Origin: Candidatus Omnitrophota bacterium
GTDB lineage: Bacteria; Omnitrophota; Gorgyraeia; Zapsychrales; Zapsychraceae
Length of the DNA: 64,000 nt
Direction: 5' to 3'
NCBI GenBank assembly: GCA_023247445.1
Contig: JAHFGL010000004.1
Span: 1,520 to 65,519 of the forward strand
The notes beneath the pieces were generated by a model. That model searched no databases. It was not told where the DNA came from and saw only the letters and a program-made list of their open reading frames with translations. The position numbers and the translations under genes are program-made. Of the stretch, positions 1 to 10,249 are shown in pieces (positions within the stretch are counted from its first letter, which is position 1; every line of letters starts with the position of its first letter).

Positions 1-2
1 TT

Positions 3-464
3 AATTTAAATAAAATTTTTGAAGGGGTATTAAACATTGTGTGGAGTGAAATTAAATATAAGGCGGATTTAAAGCAAGAGTTGGGAGAGATTCCGCTGGT
101 TGAATGTAATGGTCAACAGATAGGCCAGGTATTTATTAATCTCCTTGTTAATGCAACTCAGGCCATCCAGGGGCGAGGCGTGATCACGGTGCGCACCTAT
201 GCGAAAGATGATTTTGTTTATGCTGAAATTACTGACACCGGAGAAGGCATCCCTGCGAATATTATTGATAAGATCTTTGATCCATTCTTTTCGACCAAGG
301 ACGTTAGCAAAGGTACGGGCTTGGGACTCAGTATTAGTTACGAAATTGTTAAGAATCATAACGGAGATATTAAAGTCATAAGTGAGGTTGGCCGTGGAAC
401 AACGTTTATCGTTTCTTTTCCAGCAATTATTGGTGAGTCCTTGGATAAAAAGGTTGATTCATGA
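3..464 (+). CDS. Sensor histidine kinase, C-terminal HATPase domain (5' end lies outside the window)
   Basis: Frame is open from base 3. N box (QVFINLLVNA), G1 (DTGEGI), F box (IFDPFFSTK) and G2 (GTGLGL) are present. Confidence 0.92.
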   Translation, partial: NLNKIFEGVLNIVWSEIKYKADLKQELGEIPLVECNGQQIGQVFINLLVNATQAIQGRGVITVRTYAKDDFVYAEITDTGEGIPANIIDKIFDPFFSTKDVSKGTGLGLSISYEIVKNHNGDIKVISEVGRGTTFIVSFPAIIGESLDKKVDS

Positions 465-1636
465 GTAAGCAAATTAATATTTTAGTTATTGATGATGAAG
501 AGAATATTCTAAAATCTCTTAAACGGATTTTTATCAATGATACTTTTGATGTCGCGACAACAACAAACCCTGATGAGGCGATGGCAATCTTGAGTCGCGA
601 AAAAATCAAAGTTGTGATCAGTGATCATCGCATGCCAACTATCTCCGGAGTGGAATTTTTGCGTCGAGTTAAAGAGCAATTCCCCGATATTGTTCGTATT
701 TTGTTTACGGGATATGCTGACGTTTCCGCGGCCGAAGAAGCGATTAATGTTAGTCAGGTCTATCGTTTTATCAATAAACCTTGGAATGTTTCGGAACTCA
801 AAGGTGTTATTTATCAGGCGATTCAATATTATGATTTGGTTCGGGAAAATCGTAAATTGTTTCAAGCGACGATTGCTAAAAATGAAGAATTAGAGATCGT
901 TAATCGAAAGTTAAAGGCGATGTATGAGATCCAGCGCGAATTTAGTTCAACCATATCCCATGAGTTAAGAACACCGCTAGCGTCTATTAAGCTCGCCATT
1001 GATATTGTTTTAAGCGGGACCACTGGAAAACTCTCGAATCAACAAGATGATTTTCTTAATAAAGCGAAGTTAAGTGTCGATCGATTAAAGCGATTGATCG
1101 ATGATATTTTAGATTTATCAAAGTTAGAGTATGGTAAGCAAAAACTAAATAAGCAATTGCAGGATATCCACCGTGTTGTTAACGAAGTTATTGCTTTGCA
1201 AGAACCCGTGGCGAAGCATAAAAATATTTATCTTAAAACGCAGCTTTCTTCTAATCTTCCCAAAATTCCCTATGACATTGATCGTATCCATCAAGTTTTG
1301 AATAATCTTATTAGTAATGCCATAAAGTTTACAGATCATGGCGGCATTGAAATTTCCGCTGTCTATAATGAGGAAGATCGGCATGTTGAAATTCATATTA
1401 AGGATACGGGTGTGGGCATTGAAGAAGAAGATATCCCTAAGCTTTTTAAAAAATTTCAACAGCTTGGTGATCCAGCCCGGCGGGCAACAGGGGGAACGGG
1501 GTTGGGGTTAGCAATTTGTAAAGAGATTATTGAACAACATGGTGGGAAAATTTGGGTAAATTCACATTATGGTCAGGGGAGTATATTTTCTTTTATATTG
1601 CCTCTTGAAGATAAGAATAAGGCCGCCAATTTTTAA
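461..1636 (+). CDS. Hybrid receiver-histidine kinase
   Basis: N-terminal REC domain (VIDDE, SDHRMP, FINKPW), H-box ISHELRTPL, HATPase boxes. Overlaps the upstream stop (ATGA). Confidence 0.93.
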   Translation: MSKQINILVIDDEENILKSLKRIFINDTFDVATTTNPDEAMAILSREKIKVVISDHRMPTISGVEFLRRVKEQFPDIVRILFTGYADVSAAEEAINVSQVYRFINKPWNVSELKGVIYQAIQYYDLVRENRKLFQATIAKNEELEIVNRKLKAMYEIQREFSSTISHELRTPLASIKLAIDIVLSGTTGKLSNQQDDFLNKAKLSVDRLKRLIDDILDLSKLEYGKQKLNKQLQDIHRVVNEVIALQEPVAKHKNIYLKTQLSSNLPKIPYDIDRIHQVLNNLISNAIKFTDHGGIEISAVYNEEDRHVEIHIKDTGVGIEEEDIPKLFKKFQQLGDPARRATGGTGLGLAICKEIIEQHGGKIWVNSHYGQGSIFSFILPLEDKNKAANF

Positions 1637-1681
1637 GTTGGCGAGCCTCGCCAAACAAAAATAATAAAAGGCGGGAGCATT

Positions 1682-2062
1682 ATGACATCTAAAAAAAGAA
1701 TTATGATTATTGAAGATGAAGTGGACTTGGCCGACATGCTTAAGTTTCAACTTGTGGCGAATGATTATGAAGTTTTTTTGGCTCATAATGGAGCGGATGG
1801 TTTAGCCAAATTAGCTGAGGCCAAACCAGATTTGATTCTTTTGGATCTTAATATGCCGAAGTTAGGTGGTGTTGAGTTCTGCCAACGCATTCAAACACCG
1901 GATGGGCATTTAAAATATCCGGTCCTAATCCTTACCGCTCGGGCCAATACAGAACAAATTTTTAAGAATTATCCCATTGCAGGTTTTATGACCAAACCTT
2001 TTAAGATTGAAGAATTATTAAATGAAATAAAAACTATTGTTGAGAAAAATAAGGGCAATTAA
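1682..2062 (+). CDS. Single-domain response regulator (CheY-like)
   Basis: IIEDE, LLDLNMP, LTA, TKPF motifs. GGGAG RBS. Confidence 0.92.
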   Translation: MTSKKRIMIIEDEVDLADMLKFQLVANDYEVFLAHNGADGLAKLAEAKPDLILLDLNMPKLGGVEFCQRIQTPDGHLKYPVLILTARANTEQIFKNYPIAGFMTKPFKIEELLNEIKTIVEKNKGN

Positions 2063-2067
2063 ATTTA

Positions 2068-3786
2068 ATGCATCATTTAAATGACCAAAATATTCTAATC
2101 TTTTTAATTCAGGTCCTTATCTTGTTAGCTTGTGCAAGAGGATTGGGTGAGCTTTTTCATCTCTGGCGACAGCCGCCTATGATCGCCGAGATTTTGGTTG
2201 GTGTTGTTTTGGGACCAACAATTCTGGGACGATTTTATCCGACGCTACAGCTTGCCATTTTTCCCTTAGACCCGATTCAACAAACAATGTTAGAAACTGT
2301 TGCTTGGTTGGGGGTTTTTTTCCTTCTTTTGGAAGCAGGATTAGAAATTGATTTTGCCTCTGCCTGGCGACACAAAGGGGATGCGTTAACAATTGCTTTA
2401 ACGGGTGTTGTGATTCCTATTCTCGTAAGTTTCTTAGCCTGCTTATTTCTTCCGGATCAATATTTAATCAATCCCGATCAAAGAGTTATTTTTTCACTTT
2501 TTATGGCAACGGTTATGGCGATCACCGCGATGCCGGTTGTTTCGCGTGTCCTTTATGATTTGAGTCTTTCTAAAACAGATTTGGGTTTTCTCATTATGTC
2601 AGCGCATTCGATCAACGATATTTTAGGCTGGCTTATTTTTACCCTTGTTTTAGTTTTCTTTAGTACAGGGACTATTCTTATCGGTAAGATACTGGCCTTG
2701 TCTCTTATGGTTCTTGTTTTCTTAATGGTTGCATTAACTATCGGCCGTCATTTGACAGGTCGTACGATTATGTTTATCAAGAAAAAAGCTATGCCCGAGC
2801 CGAGCACCTCGCTTACTTTTATTTGTTTATTAGGATTATTTTGCGGGATGATTACGCAAAAGATTGGGATTCATGCTTTATTTGGATTTTTTATTGCTGG
2901 GGTTATGGCCGGCGGGGCAAAAGCATTATCTGAAAAAACAAGACAAGTTATTTCCCAAATGGTCTTTGCTATTTTTGTTCCACTATTTTTCGCGAGCATT
3001 GGGCTACGCATTGATTTTTTTAAGAATTTTGATCTGTTCCTAGTTTTGTTTTTAACTGTTTTTAGTATTGTTGGAAAATTTTTGGGAGGATATGTTGGCG
3101 CATCGATAAGTAAAAATTGGCGAGATGATCGTTTGGCTATTGCCGTTGCGCATACACCTGGTGGAATGATGGAGGTTGTCGTTGGAATTTTAGCTTTTGA
3201 AAGTGGATTAATTACAGAACCTGTTTTTGTTGCTATTATTTTTGGCGCGATCTCATCATCTATTATTGTGGGGCCGTGGCTCAATTATTCGCTTAGTCGA
3301 AAGAAAGAAGTCAGCATCTTAGACTATTTCTCCAAGCGAACAATTATTGGTCAATTAAAGAGTCAACAAAAGTCAGTGGCCATTGTTGAACTTTGTGATT
3401 TAGCTTCGATGCAAGGCGCAATGCCATCGACAGAAGAAATAACTAAAGCTGTTTTTCATCGTGAAGAGTCCATGGGAACAGCTATTGAAGAGGGGATCGC
3501 TTTGCCCCATGCCCGATTAGCATCGCTTCAGCGACCGATTGTCGTTTTTGGCCGTTCACTAAATGGCATTGACTGGGATTCCCCTGATGGGAAGCCTGCC
3601 CAATTTATTTTCTTATTATTAACTCCTGAAAAGGATGAAGGGATTCAGATTCAAATTTTGCGGGCGATTGCAACGGTGATGAGTGATGTTCAAACTCGAA
3701 AGGATATTTTAAACGCTCAAGATGTTGAGGAGGTTTGGACAATTCTGCAAAAAGATTTCAACCTATTTCGGGTAAAAAGAAAATAG
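2068..3786 (+). CDS. Cation:proton antiporter (CPA2-like) fused to a C-terminal PTS EIIA domain
   Basis: About 12 hydrophobic segments with AEILVGVVLGP, ITAMPV and INDILGW. The C-terminus RE..MGTAIEEGIALPHAR...PDGKPAQFIFLL is the EIIA(Ntr/Fru) signature. Confidence 0.88.
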   Translation: MHHLNDQNILIFLIQVLILLACARGLGELFHLWRQPPMIAEILVGVVLGPTILGRFYPTLQLAIFPLDPIQQTMLETVAWLGVFFLLLEAGLEIDFASAWRHKGDALTIALTGVVIPILVSFLACLFLPDQYLINPDQRVIFSLFMATVMAITAMPVVSRVLYDLSLSKTDLGFLIMSAHSINDILGWLIFTLVLVFFSTGTILIGKILALSLMVLVFLMVALTIGRHLTGRTIMFIKKKAMPEPSTSLTFICLLGLFCGMITQKIGIHALFGFFIAGVMAGGAKALSEKTRQVISQMVFAIFVPLFFASIGLRIDFFKNFDLFLVLFLTVFSIVGKFLGGYVGASISKNWRDDRLAIAVAHTPGGMMEVVVGILAFESGLITEPVFVAIIFGAISSSIIVGPWLNYSLSRKKEVSILDYFSKRTIIGQLKSQQKSVAIVELCDLASMQGAMPSTEEITKAVFHREESMGTAIEEGIALPHARLASLQRPIVVFGRSLNGIDWDSPDGKPAQFIFLLLTPEKDEGIQIQILRAIATVMSDVQTRKDILNAQDVEEVWTILQKDFNLFRVKRK

Positions 3787-3810
3787 AATTCTTTAGAACT
3801 TATCTTAAGA

Positions 3811-3970
3811 TTGTCATGCCTGAATGTTTTTATCAGGCATCCAGTCTTACCTCGTTTAGATTCCCGCCATTGCTTTTCTCTAAAATGAAGGTAAAGCAAT
3901 GACGGTACCAACTTCCTCTAAATTATTTTAAAGGTAAGTTGGTGCCGCTTAAAGCATGCGGGAATGACAA
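3811..3970. repeat. Intergenic REP-like palindromic element (TTGTCAT...ATGACAA) with an 81-bp nested double-hairpin insertion
   Basis: Terminal inverted repeats and internal hairpins. The right half matches 30658-30690 except for the insertion at 3868-3948. Confidence 0.8.
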
Positions 3971-4011
3971 GCTTTTACCATTTTTTGGATAACTCCGAGT
4001 CTTTTGCTATC

Positions 4012-5700
4012 TTACAAATTTTTAATTTTAAAAATATCTTCAGCCCTGGCCAGCGCCAGATCAATATGTCCTACGATGTTCTCTTGCCCAATGCGTTCCA
4101 CAATTCCTGATTGTTTAAGTGTCATAAGAAGATTTGAATTAACTCCTGATAGAATAAGTGTTGTCTTGCTCTTCTTTAATCTGTGGAAAAGATCTTCCAA
4201 AACCCGCAGACCCGTCGCATCAATAATGGGAACATAACGCATCCGCAAAATAAGTATTTGGGGTGGTCTTTCAAATTCACGCAGCGTATCTTTAAATTTT
4301 TCCGCTGCGCCAAAAAAGAAGGGTCCATAAATTTCATAAACTTCAACCCCTGACGGAACATTGCGTTTGGAGATAGCGTTGGGATCATCTGATTCGTCAT
4401 CTTCTGCCCCAATCGATTTTGTTAGCGCATTAACTTCAGTGACTTCCACCATCCGTTTCATAAAAAGAAATGCGGCAAGAACAACACCTACTTCAATGGC
4501 GACAGTTAAATCAACAAGAACGGTCAAAGAAAAGGTGATAAGCAGTACCGCAATATCACTTTTCGTACTACGAAAAAGTTTTATAAAGGTATGCCATTCG
4601 CTCATGTTGTAGGCAACTGTAATTAAGATCCCTGCGAGTGTCGCCATGGGAATTAAGGCCGCCCATTTTCCAAAAAATAAAAATATAAGAAGAAGTGTTA
4701 TGGCATGGATGATTCCTGCCACAGGCGTTCGTCCACCATTTTTAATATTGGTAGCCGTGCGTGCAATAGCTCCTGTTGCAGGAATTCCGCCAAATATAGG
4801 AGACGCAATGTTGGCTATTCCTTGCGCAATTAATTCCATGTTGGAACGGTGCCGTCGGCCAGTCATCCCATCAGCGACAACCGCGGAGAGAAGAGATTCA
4901 ATTCCTGCGAGTAATGCAATTGTTAGCGCTGGCGATAACAATTTAGAAAATAAATCAATGTTTAAAGGAAATGAAAATGGTAGATGGGGCATTGGTAACG
5001 TGCTGGGAACTTGACCAAATCTACTTCCAATGGTTTCAATGGGTAAATGTAATAATTGTGTTATTCCCGTTGTTAAGATTATGGCAATGAGTGTTCCTGG
5101 CAACTTTTGGGTCACCCGCGGCCAAAACATAATAATGAGCACCGTCAATATTCCTAGGCCGAAGGCATCAAAATTAATGGATGGTAGATTTTGTAAGTAG
5201 GCTAACCATTTGGCGAGAAAGTGTTCTGGGGTGTGTGTTAACGTCAATCCTAAAAAATCACGGATTTGTGTTGTGAAAATAATTAAGGCAATCCCACTGG
5301 TGAATCCAACGGTAACAGGATAAGGAATAAATTTGATCACATCACCCATGCGGGCGGCCCCTAATATAATAAGGAAGATCCCCGCCATAAAAGTGGCGGT
5401 GGCGAGGCCTTCATACCCATATTGTTGAACGATGTTATAAACAATAACGATGAATGCACCGGTGGGGCCGCCAATTTGTACGCGGCTGCCGCTAAAGGCA
5501 GAGATCAAAAATCCAGCAACAATGGCCGTGTAAATTCCTTGTTCAGGTTTAACTCCGGAGGCGATGGCGAAGGCAATTGATAGCGGAAGGGCAACAATGC
5601 CAACAATAATTCCAGCGATTAAATCGTGGGAGAAAGTTTTTGCAGAGTAACCTTCTTTGATTGCCGTTATTAATTTTGGTTCAAATGTTTTAGTGTGCAT
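4012..5700 (-). CDS. sulP: SulP/SLC26 anion permease with STAS domain
   Basis: DLIAGIIVGIVALPLSIAFA, QIGGPTGAF, PATGAIARTA, GPFFFGAA, IDATG motifs. Confidence 0.95.
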   Translation of the reverse strand: MHTKTFEPKLITAIKEGYSAKTFSHDLIAGIIVGIVALPLSIAFAIASGVKPEQGIYTAIVAGFLISAFSGSRVQIGGPTGAFIVIVYNIVQQYGYEGLATATFMAGIFLIILGAARMGDVIKFIPYPVTVGFTSGIALIIFTTQIRDFLGLTLTHTPEHFLAKWLAYLQNLPSINFDAFGLGILTVLIIMFWPRVTQKLPGTLIAIILTTGITQLLHLPIETIGSRFGQVPSTLPMPHLPFSFPLNIDLFSKLLSPALTIALLAGIESLLSAVVADGMTGRRHRSNMELIAQGIANIASPIFGGIPATGAIARTATNIKNGGRTPVAGIIHAITLLLIFLFFGKWAALIPMATLAGILITVAYNMSEWHTFIKLFRSTKSDIAVLLITFSLTVLVDLTVAIEVGVVLAAFLFMKRMVEVTEVNALTKSIGAEDDESDDPNAISKRNVPSGVEVYEIYGPFFFGAAEKFKDTLREFERPPQILILRMRYVPIIDATGLRVLEDLFHRLKKSKTTLILSGVNSNLLMTLKQSGIVERIGQENIVGHIDLALARAEDIFKIKNL

Positions 5701-5855
5701 GTTGTTTGGGATTATTGCGATGAACTGAATTATATCAAGAATATTTATTAAATATAAATAAAGATTCTTTTTTAAAATCCAAATACAATTTTATTGTGTA
5801 GACTTATTTTCTAACTTCTTTTACAATACGTTTGCTATCAATGACTTGGAGAACT

Positions 5856-8321
5856 ATGAACAAAACTGATCTAGAAAAATATCAAAAATGGACCATCATG
5901 CATAAAGAAATGACGAAGGATGCTATCAAAACATCATTTCAAGTTAACCGCGAATACACCCTTTCTAAAGACCAGTACACCGCAACAACCCACGATAATT
6001 TCCTGGCGATAGCTTTTACCATTCGCGACCGCTTAGTCGAACGTTGGATCCAGACACAACAGAGTTACCATAAGAAAAATGTTAAACGTGTTTATTATCT
6101 TTCTCTTGAATTTTTGATTGGTCGATTGCTTGGCAATAATGTTTATAACCTTGGGCTCGAGAAAGAAGTTAATGAGGCGTTAGAAGAATTAGGATTTGAT
6201 TTGGAAGAAGTACGAGATCAAGAGCTTGATGCTAGTTTGGGCAATGGAGGTTTGGGTCGACTAGCTGCTTGTTTTTTGGATTCAATGGCCACTCTGGGCA
6301 TTCCCGCCCACGGTTACGGGATTCGTTATGAATATGGAATTTTTAATCAAAAAATTAAAGATGGTTTTCAAGTTGAATTGCCTGATGAGTGGCTGCGTTC
6401 TGGGACGCCATGGGAGTTTGCCCGTCCAGAATATGCGGTTAAGATTCGTTTTTATGGCGGGACCAACATGTTTTACGACAAAAATGGCAAACTCTGTGTC
6501 AAATGGATAGATACACAAGATGTCTTGGCGGTGCCGTATGATTTTCCTGTGCCGGGATATAAGAATGATGTGGTTAATACACTGCGGTTATGGTCGGCGC
6601 GAAGTACGGAAGAATTTGATTTTGATTATTTTAAAAATGGCGAATACGACCAGGCTGTTTATCAAAAGATTTTGTCGGAAAATATTTCTAAGGTACTTTA
6701 TCCATCCGACAATGTTCATCAAGGTAAAGAGCTTCGTTTAAAACAAGAATATTTTTTTACGGCCGCCTCAATTGCCGATATTGTCCGCCGATTCAAAACG
6801 GAGAATGTCGACTTTCGTAATATTCCCAATAAAATTGTTATTCAACTTAATGACACGCATCCGGCGCTGGCGATTGCCGAACTTATGCGGCTGTTGGTGG
6901 ATGAATATGAATTAGTGTGGGAGACTGCGTGGGATATTACCAAGCGAACATTTGCGTACACGAATCATACGATTATGCCAGAGGCGCTTGAATGTTGGTC
7001 CGTTGATCTTTTTGAACGCGTCTTGCCACGACATTTGCAAATTATTTATGAAATCAATGATCGGTTTTTAAAAGACGTGGCGGTTCAATATCCTGGAGAT
7101 TTGGAGCGACTAAGTCGGATGTCGCTCATTGAAGAGGGGTATCCCAAAAAAGTCCGCATGGCGCATTTAGCAATTGTGGGAAGTTTTTCCGTTAATGGGG
7201 TTTCGCAACTGCATTCGGAGCTTCTTAAGAGTCATCTTTTTCGAGATTTTTATGAATTTTATCCCGATAAATTTAACAATAAGACTAATGGCATCACCCC
7301 GCGCCGCTGGCTTCTTAAAGCTAATCCAAAACTTTCTTCCTTAATTACTGAGTCGTTAGGTGAAAATTGGGTGAAAGATCTTGGGCAACTTGAAAAGTTA
7401 TTGCCTTTAGCTGAGCAACAATTATTTCGTGGGGAGTGGCAGAAGATAAAGAATCAAAATAAAAAGGTCTTAGCGGCGTATATTGCCAAGACCAATAATA
7501 TTTCCGTCAATCCAGAATCTATGTTTGATGTCCAGGTCAAACGCATTCATGAATATAAACGTCAGCTTTTGTTTGCCTTTTATATTGTTTCGGAATATTT
7601 GAAGATTAAAAATAATCCCGGAGCCTTGACTGTGCCGCGAACGTTTATTATTGGCGGCAAAGCCGCGCCGTCGTATTCGATGGCGAAACTTTCCATTAAA
7701 TTTATTAACAGCATTGCGGATATTATTAATCGTGATAAAGCGGTGCGGGATAAAATTCAATTGGTCTTCTTAGAAAATTATCGCGTTTCTTTGGCGGAAA
7801 GAATATTTCCAGCGAGTGATTTGTCCGAGCAGATTTCAACCGCCGGCACCGAAGCCTCTGGAACAGGAAATATGAAATTTATGATCAATGGCGCATTGAC
7901 TATCGGCACGTATGATGGCGCGAATATCGAAATGGCCCAGGTCGTTGGCCCGGAGAATATTTTTATCTTTGGTTTACGAACGCATGAAGTCGAAGAATTA
8001 AAACGAAAAGGGTACAATCCACAGGATTTTATTAATCAATTACCGGTTTTACAGGAAATTTTTCATCTAATTCAAACCGGATTCTTCTCTTATAATCAAC
8101 CAGGATTGTTTGATCCAATTCTGCATTCGATTACTTCCTACGATCCATTTTTATTGTGCGCTGACTTTGCTGCGTATTGCCAGATGCAAGAGCAAGTTTC
8201 AAAGACCTATCAAAATAAGGAAGATTGGACGAAGAAATCCATTATCAACGTGGCCAAGTCTGGCTTCTTCTCCAGCGACCGCACGATTGCCGAATACGCC
8301 AAGAATATTTGGAAGGTGTAA
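5856..8321 (+). CDS. glgP: Glycogen/starch phosphorylase
   Basis: LGNGGLGRLAACF, IQLNDTHP, KRIHEYKRQ, EASGTGNMK (PLP lysine). The start at 5856 follows a GGAGA RBS. Confidence 0.97.
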   Translation: MNKTDLEKYQKWTIMHKEMTKDAIKTSFQVNREYTLSKDQYTATTHDNFLAIAFTIRDRLVERWIQTQQSYHKKNVKRVYYLSLEFLIGRLLGNNVYNLGLEKEVNEALEELGFDLEEVRDQELDASLGNGGLGRLAACFLDSMATLGIPAHGYGIRYEYGIFNQKIKDGFQVELPDEWLRSGTPWEFARPEYAVKIRFYGGTNMFYDKNGKLCVKWIDTQDVLAVPYDFPVPGYKNDVVNTLRLWSARSTEEFDFDYFKNGEYDQAVYQKILSENISKVLYPSDNVHQGKELRLKQEYFFTAASIADIVRRFKTENVDFRNIPNKIVIQLNDTHPALAIAELMRLLVDEYELVWETAWDITKRTFAYTNHTIMPEALECWSVDLFERVLPRHLQIIYEINDRFLKDVAVQYPGDLERLSRMSLIEEGYPKKVRMAHLAIVGSFSVNGVSQLHSELLKSHLFRDFYEFYPDKFNNKTNGITPRRWLLKANPKLSSLITESLGENWVKDLGQLEKLLPLAEQQLFRGEWQKIKNQNKKVLAAYIAKTNNISVNPESMFDVQVKRIHEYKRQLLFAFYIVSEYLKIKNNPGALTVPRTFIIGGKAAPSYSMAKLSIKFINSIADIINRDKAVRDKIQLVFLENYRVSLAERIFPASDLSEQISTAGTEASGTGNMKFMINGALTIGTYDGANIEMAQVVGPENIFIFGLRTHEVEELKRKGYNPQDFINQLPVLQEIFHLIQTGFFSYNQPGLFDPILHSITSYDPFLLCADFAAYCQMQEQVSKTYQNKEDWTKKSIINVAKSGFFSSDRTIAEYAKNIWKV

Positions 8322-8423
8322 CTACGTTTAGACTGGTTTAATTTATTTATCAACACCCCTGCATTAGCTACGACCATTAGAAAAACTCACCTACGAACCC
8401 GATATCAAATTAAGAAAGGCGCG

Positions 8424-9176
8424 ATGAAGGGAATTTTAATTTTTATATTGTTATTTTTATTGCCCTTACATACGTTTGCTGAAGAAATAACCGTTGCCGC
8501 AACGGCGAATATTGGGTCTGCGCTCGAAGAATTAAAAGTAGAATTTGAAAAGGATTCTGGGGATAAATTAAAGGTCATTATTGGTTCTTCTGGAAAGCTG
8601 ACGACACAAATCGAAAACGGTGCGCCGTTTGATATTTTCATGTCCGCAGATATGAAATATCCACAGACACTTTTTGAAGAAGGATTGGCCGCGCAAGCTC
8701 CGAAAGTTTATGCCTACGGTGTTCTTGTCTTGTGGTCAACCAAGAATTTAGATTTATCCACGGGAGTCAATGTGTTAACTGGGCCAGAAATAAAAAAGAT
8801 CGCGTTGGCTAATCCACAAGTTGCGCCTTACGGCCGGGAGGCGGTCAATGTGCTAAAGTATTACAAATTGTATTCGGATGTGACGAAAAGACTTGTTTAT
8901 GGCGAAAGCATTGCCCAGGCTAACGATTTCATCAGCACGCAATCAGCTGATATTGGATTTACATCTAAATCAACGGTGCTTAGTCCAGATTTAAAAGACA
9001 AAGGCGTTTGGACAGAGATTCCTGCCGAGTCATATAATCGCATTGCCCAAGGAATGATTATTTTAAAACACGGCAAAAAGAATAATTTAGAAACTGCGCA
9101 AAAGTTTTATGATTTTGTTTTTTCAGCCAAGGCAAAATCTATTTTAAAGAAATATGGATATCTAATTGATGAATAA
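8424..9176 (+). CDS. modA: Molybdate ABC transporter substrate-binding protein
   Basis: Signal peptide, GSSGKL..QIENGAPFDIFMSA, ANP..APYG. Confidence 0.94.
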   Translation: MKGILIFILLFLLPLHTFAEEITVAATANIGSALEELKVEFEKDSGDKLKVIIGSSGKLTTQIENGAPFDIFMSADMKYPQTLFEEGLAAQAPKVYAYGVLVLWSTKNLDLSTGVNVLTGPEIKKIALANPQVAPYGREAVNVLKYYKLYSDVTKRLVYGESIAQANDFISTQSADIGFTSKSTVLSPDLKDKGVWTEIPAESYNRIAQGMIILKHGKKNNLETAQKFYDFVFSAKAKSILKKYGYLIDE

Positions 9177-9576
9177 GTTAACCGGAACAATTGTTCATAT
9201 CGAATCCTCTGAGCACATGTCGATGGTTGATGTTGATGTCAAAGGGGATATTTTTAGTTCCATTGTTTTGGAAACGCCAGAAACGGCGAGCTATTTAAAA
9301 GTTGGCAGGGCTGTTACGCTGATGTTTAAAGAAACAGAAGTGTCGATTGGGAAGAATCTCAGCGGGCAAATTAGTTTGCGCAATAGATTTGGCGCCGTCA
9401 TCCGCAGCATCGAAGCTTCGGGCATCTTAGCTAAAGTTCTTCTTGATTATCAAAGTGTGCAAATTGTTTCGGTCATCTCAGCACGTTCTGCCGTTAAACT
9501 CAATTTAAAAAAAGGTGATTCTGTGGAATGGTTAGTTAAGACCAATGAAGTTTCGCTGTTAACAGAGAAGGGTTAA
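9166..9576 (+). CDS. Di-TOBE (Mop/ModG-like) molybdate-binding protein
   Basis: Two TOBE repeats (ISLRNRF; SVISARSAVKLNL) within the mod operon. Confidence 0.88.
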   Translation: MMNKLTGTIVHIESSEHMSMVDVDVKGDIFSSIVLETPETASYLKVGRAVTLMFKETEVSIGKNLSGQISLRNRFGAVIRSIEASGILAKVLLDYQSVQIVSVISARSAVKLNLKKGDSVEWLVKTNEVSLLTEKG

Positions 9577-10248
9577 ATGCTCAACGATTTACAGCCACTT
9601 TTTTTGACGTTCGAACTGGCCGCGATTACAACGCTAATCCTCGTTGTGCTGGGCATTCCGTTGGCCTATTGGATCGCCTTTTCAAAAAGTAAATTAAAAT
9701 ACATTGTTGAACCGCTTGTCAGTATGCCGCTTGTCTTGCCGCCGACTGTTTTAGGTTTTTATATCTTACTTGCCTTTAGTCCAAAATATTTTCTTGGACA
9801 TTATTTGGAATCGACCTTCGACATTCGAATTGCGTTTAGCTTTGTGGGACTTGTGATTGGTTCGGTCTTTTTTAGTCTTCCGTTTATGGTTAATCCCATT
9901 AAGTCAGGATTTGAAAATTTTCCAGTTTCCTTAATTGAAGCTTCGTACGTTTTGGGAAAATCAAAATGGGAAACTTTAATCAAAGTTATTCTGCCCAATA
10001 TTAAACCGGCGCTTTTTGCGGGATTCGTCATGGCCTTTGCGCATACAATCGGAGAGTTCGGTGTTGTTCTTATGGTTGGCGGCAATATTCCTGGAGAAAC
10101 AAGGGTGGCGTCGATTGCGATCTTTAGCGAAGTTGAAGCGCTTAATTACGACAAGGCTAATTTTTATTCCTTGATTCTTGTGGCGATTTCATTTTGTATT
10201 TTGTTTGGTTTCTATTATTTCAACAGAAAATCGGTAAAGATATTTTAA
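9577..10248 (+). CDS. modB: Molybdate ABC transporter permease
   Basis: PLVLPPTVLGFY, FAHTIGEFG, GGNIPGETR. Confidence 0.95.
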   Translation: MLNDLQPLFLTFELAAITTLILVVLGIPLAYWIAFSKSKLKYIVEPLVSMPLVLPPTVLGFYILLAFSPKYFLGHYLESTFDIRIAFSFVGLVIGSVFFSLPFMVNPIKSGFENFPVSLIEASYVLGKSKWETLIKVILPNIKPALFAGFVMAFAHTIGEFGVVLMVGGNIPGETRVASIAIFSEVEALNYDKANFYSLILVAISFCILFGFYYFNRKSVKIF

Positions 10249-10249
10249 T

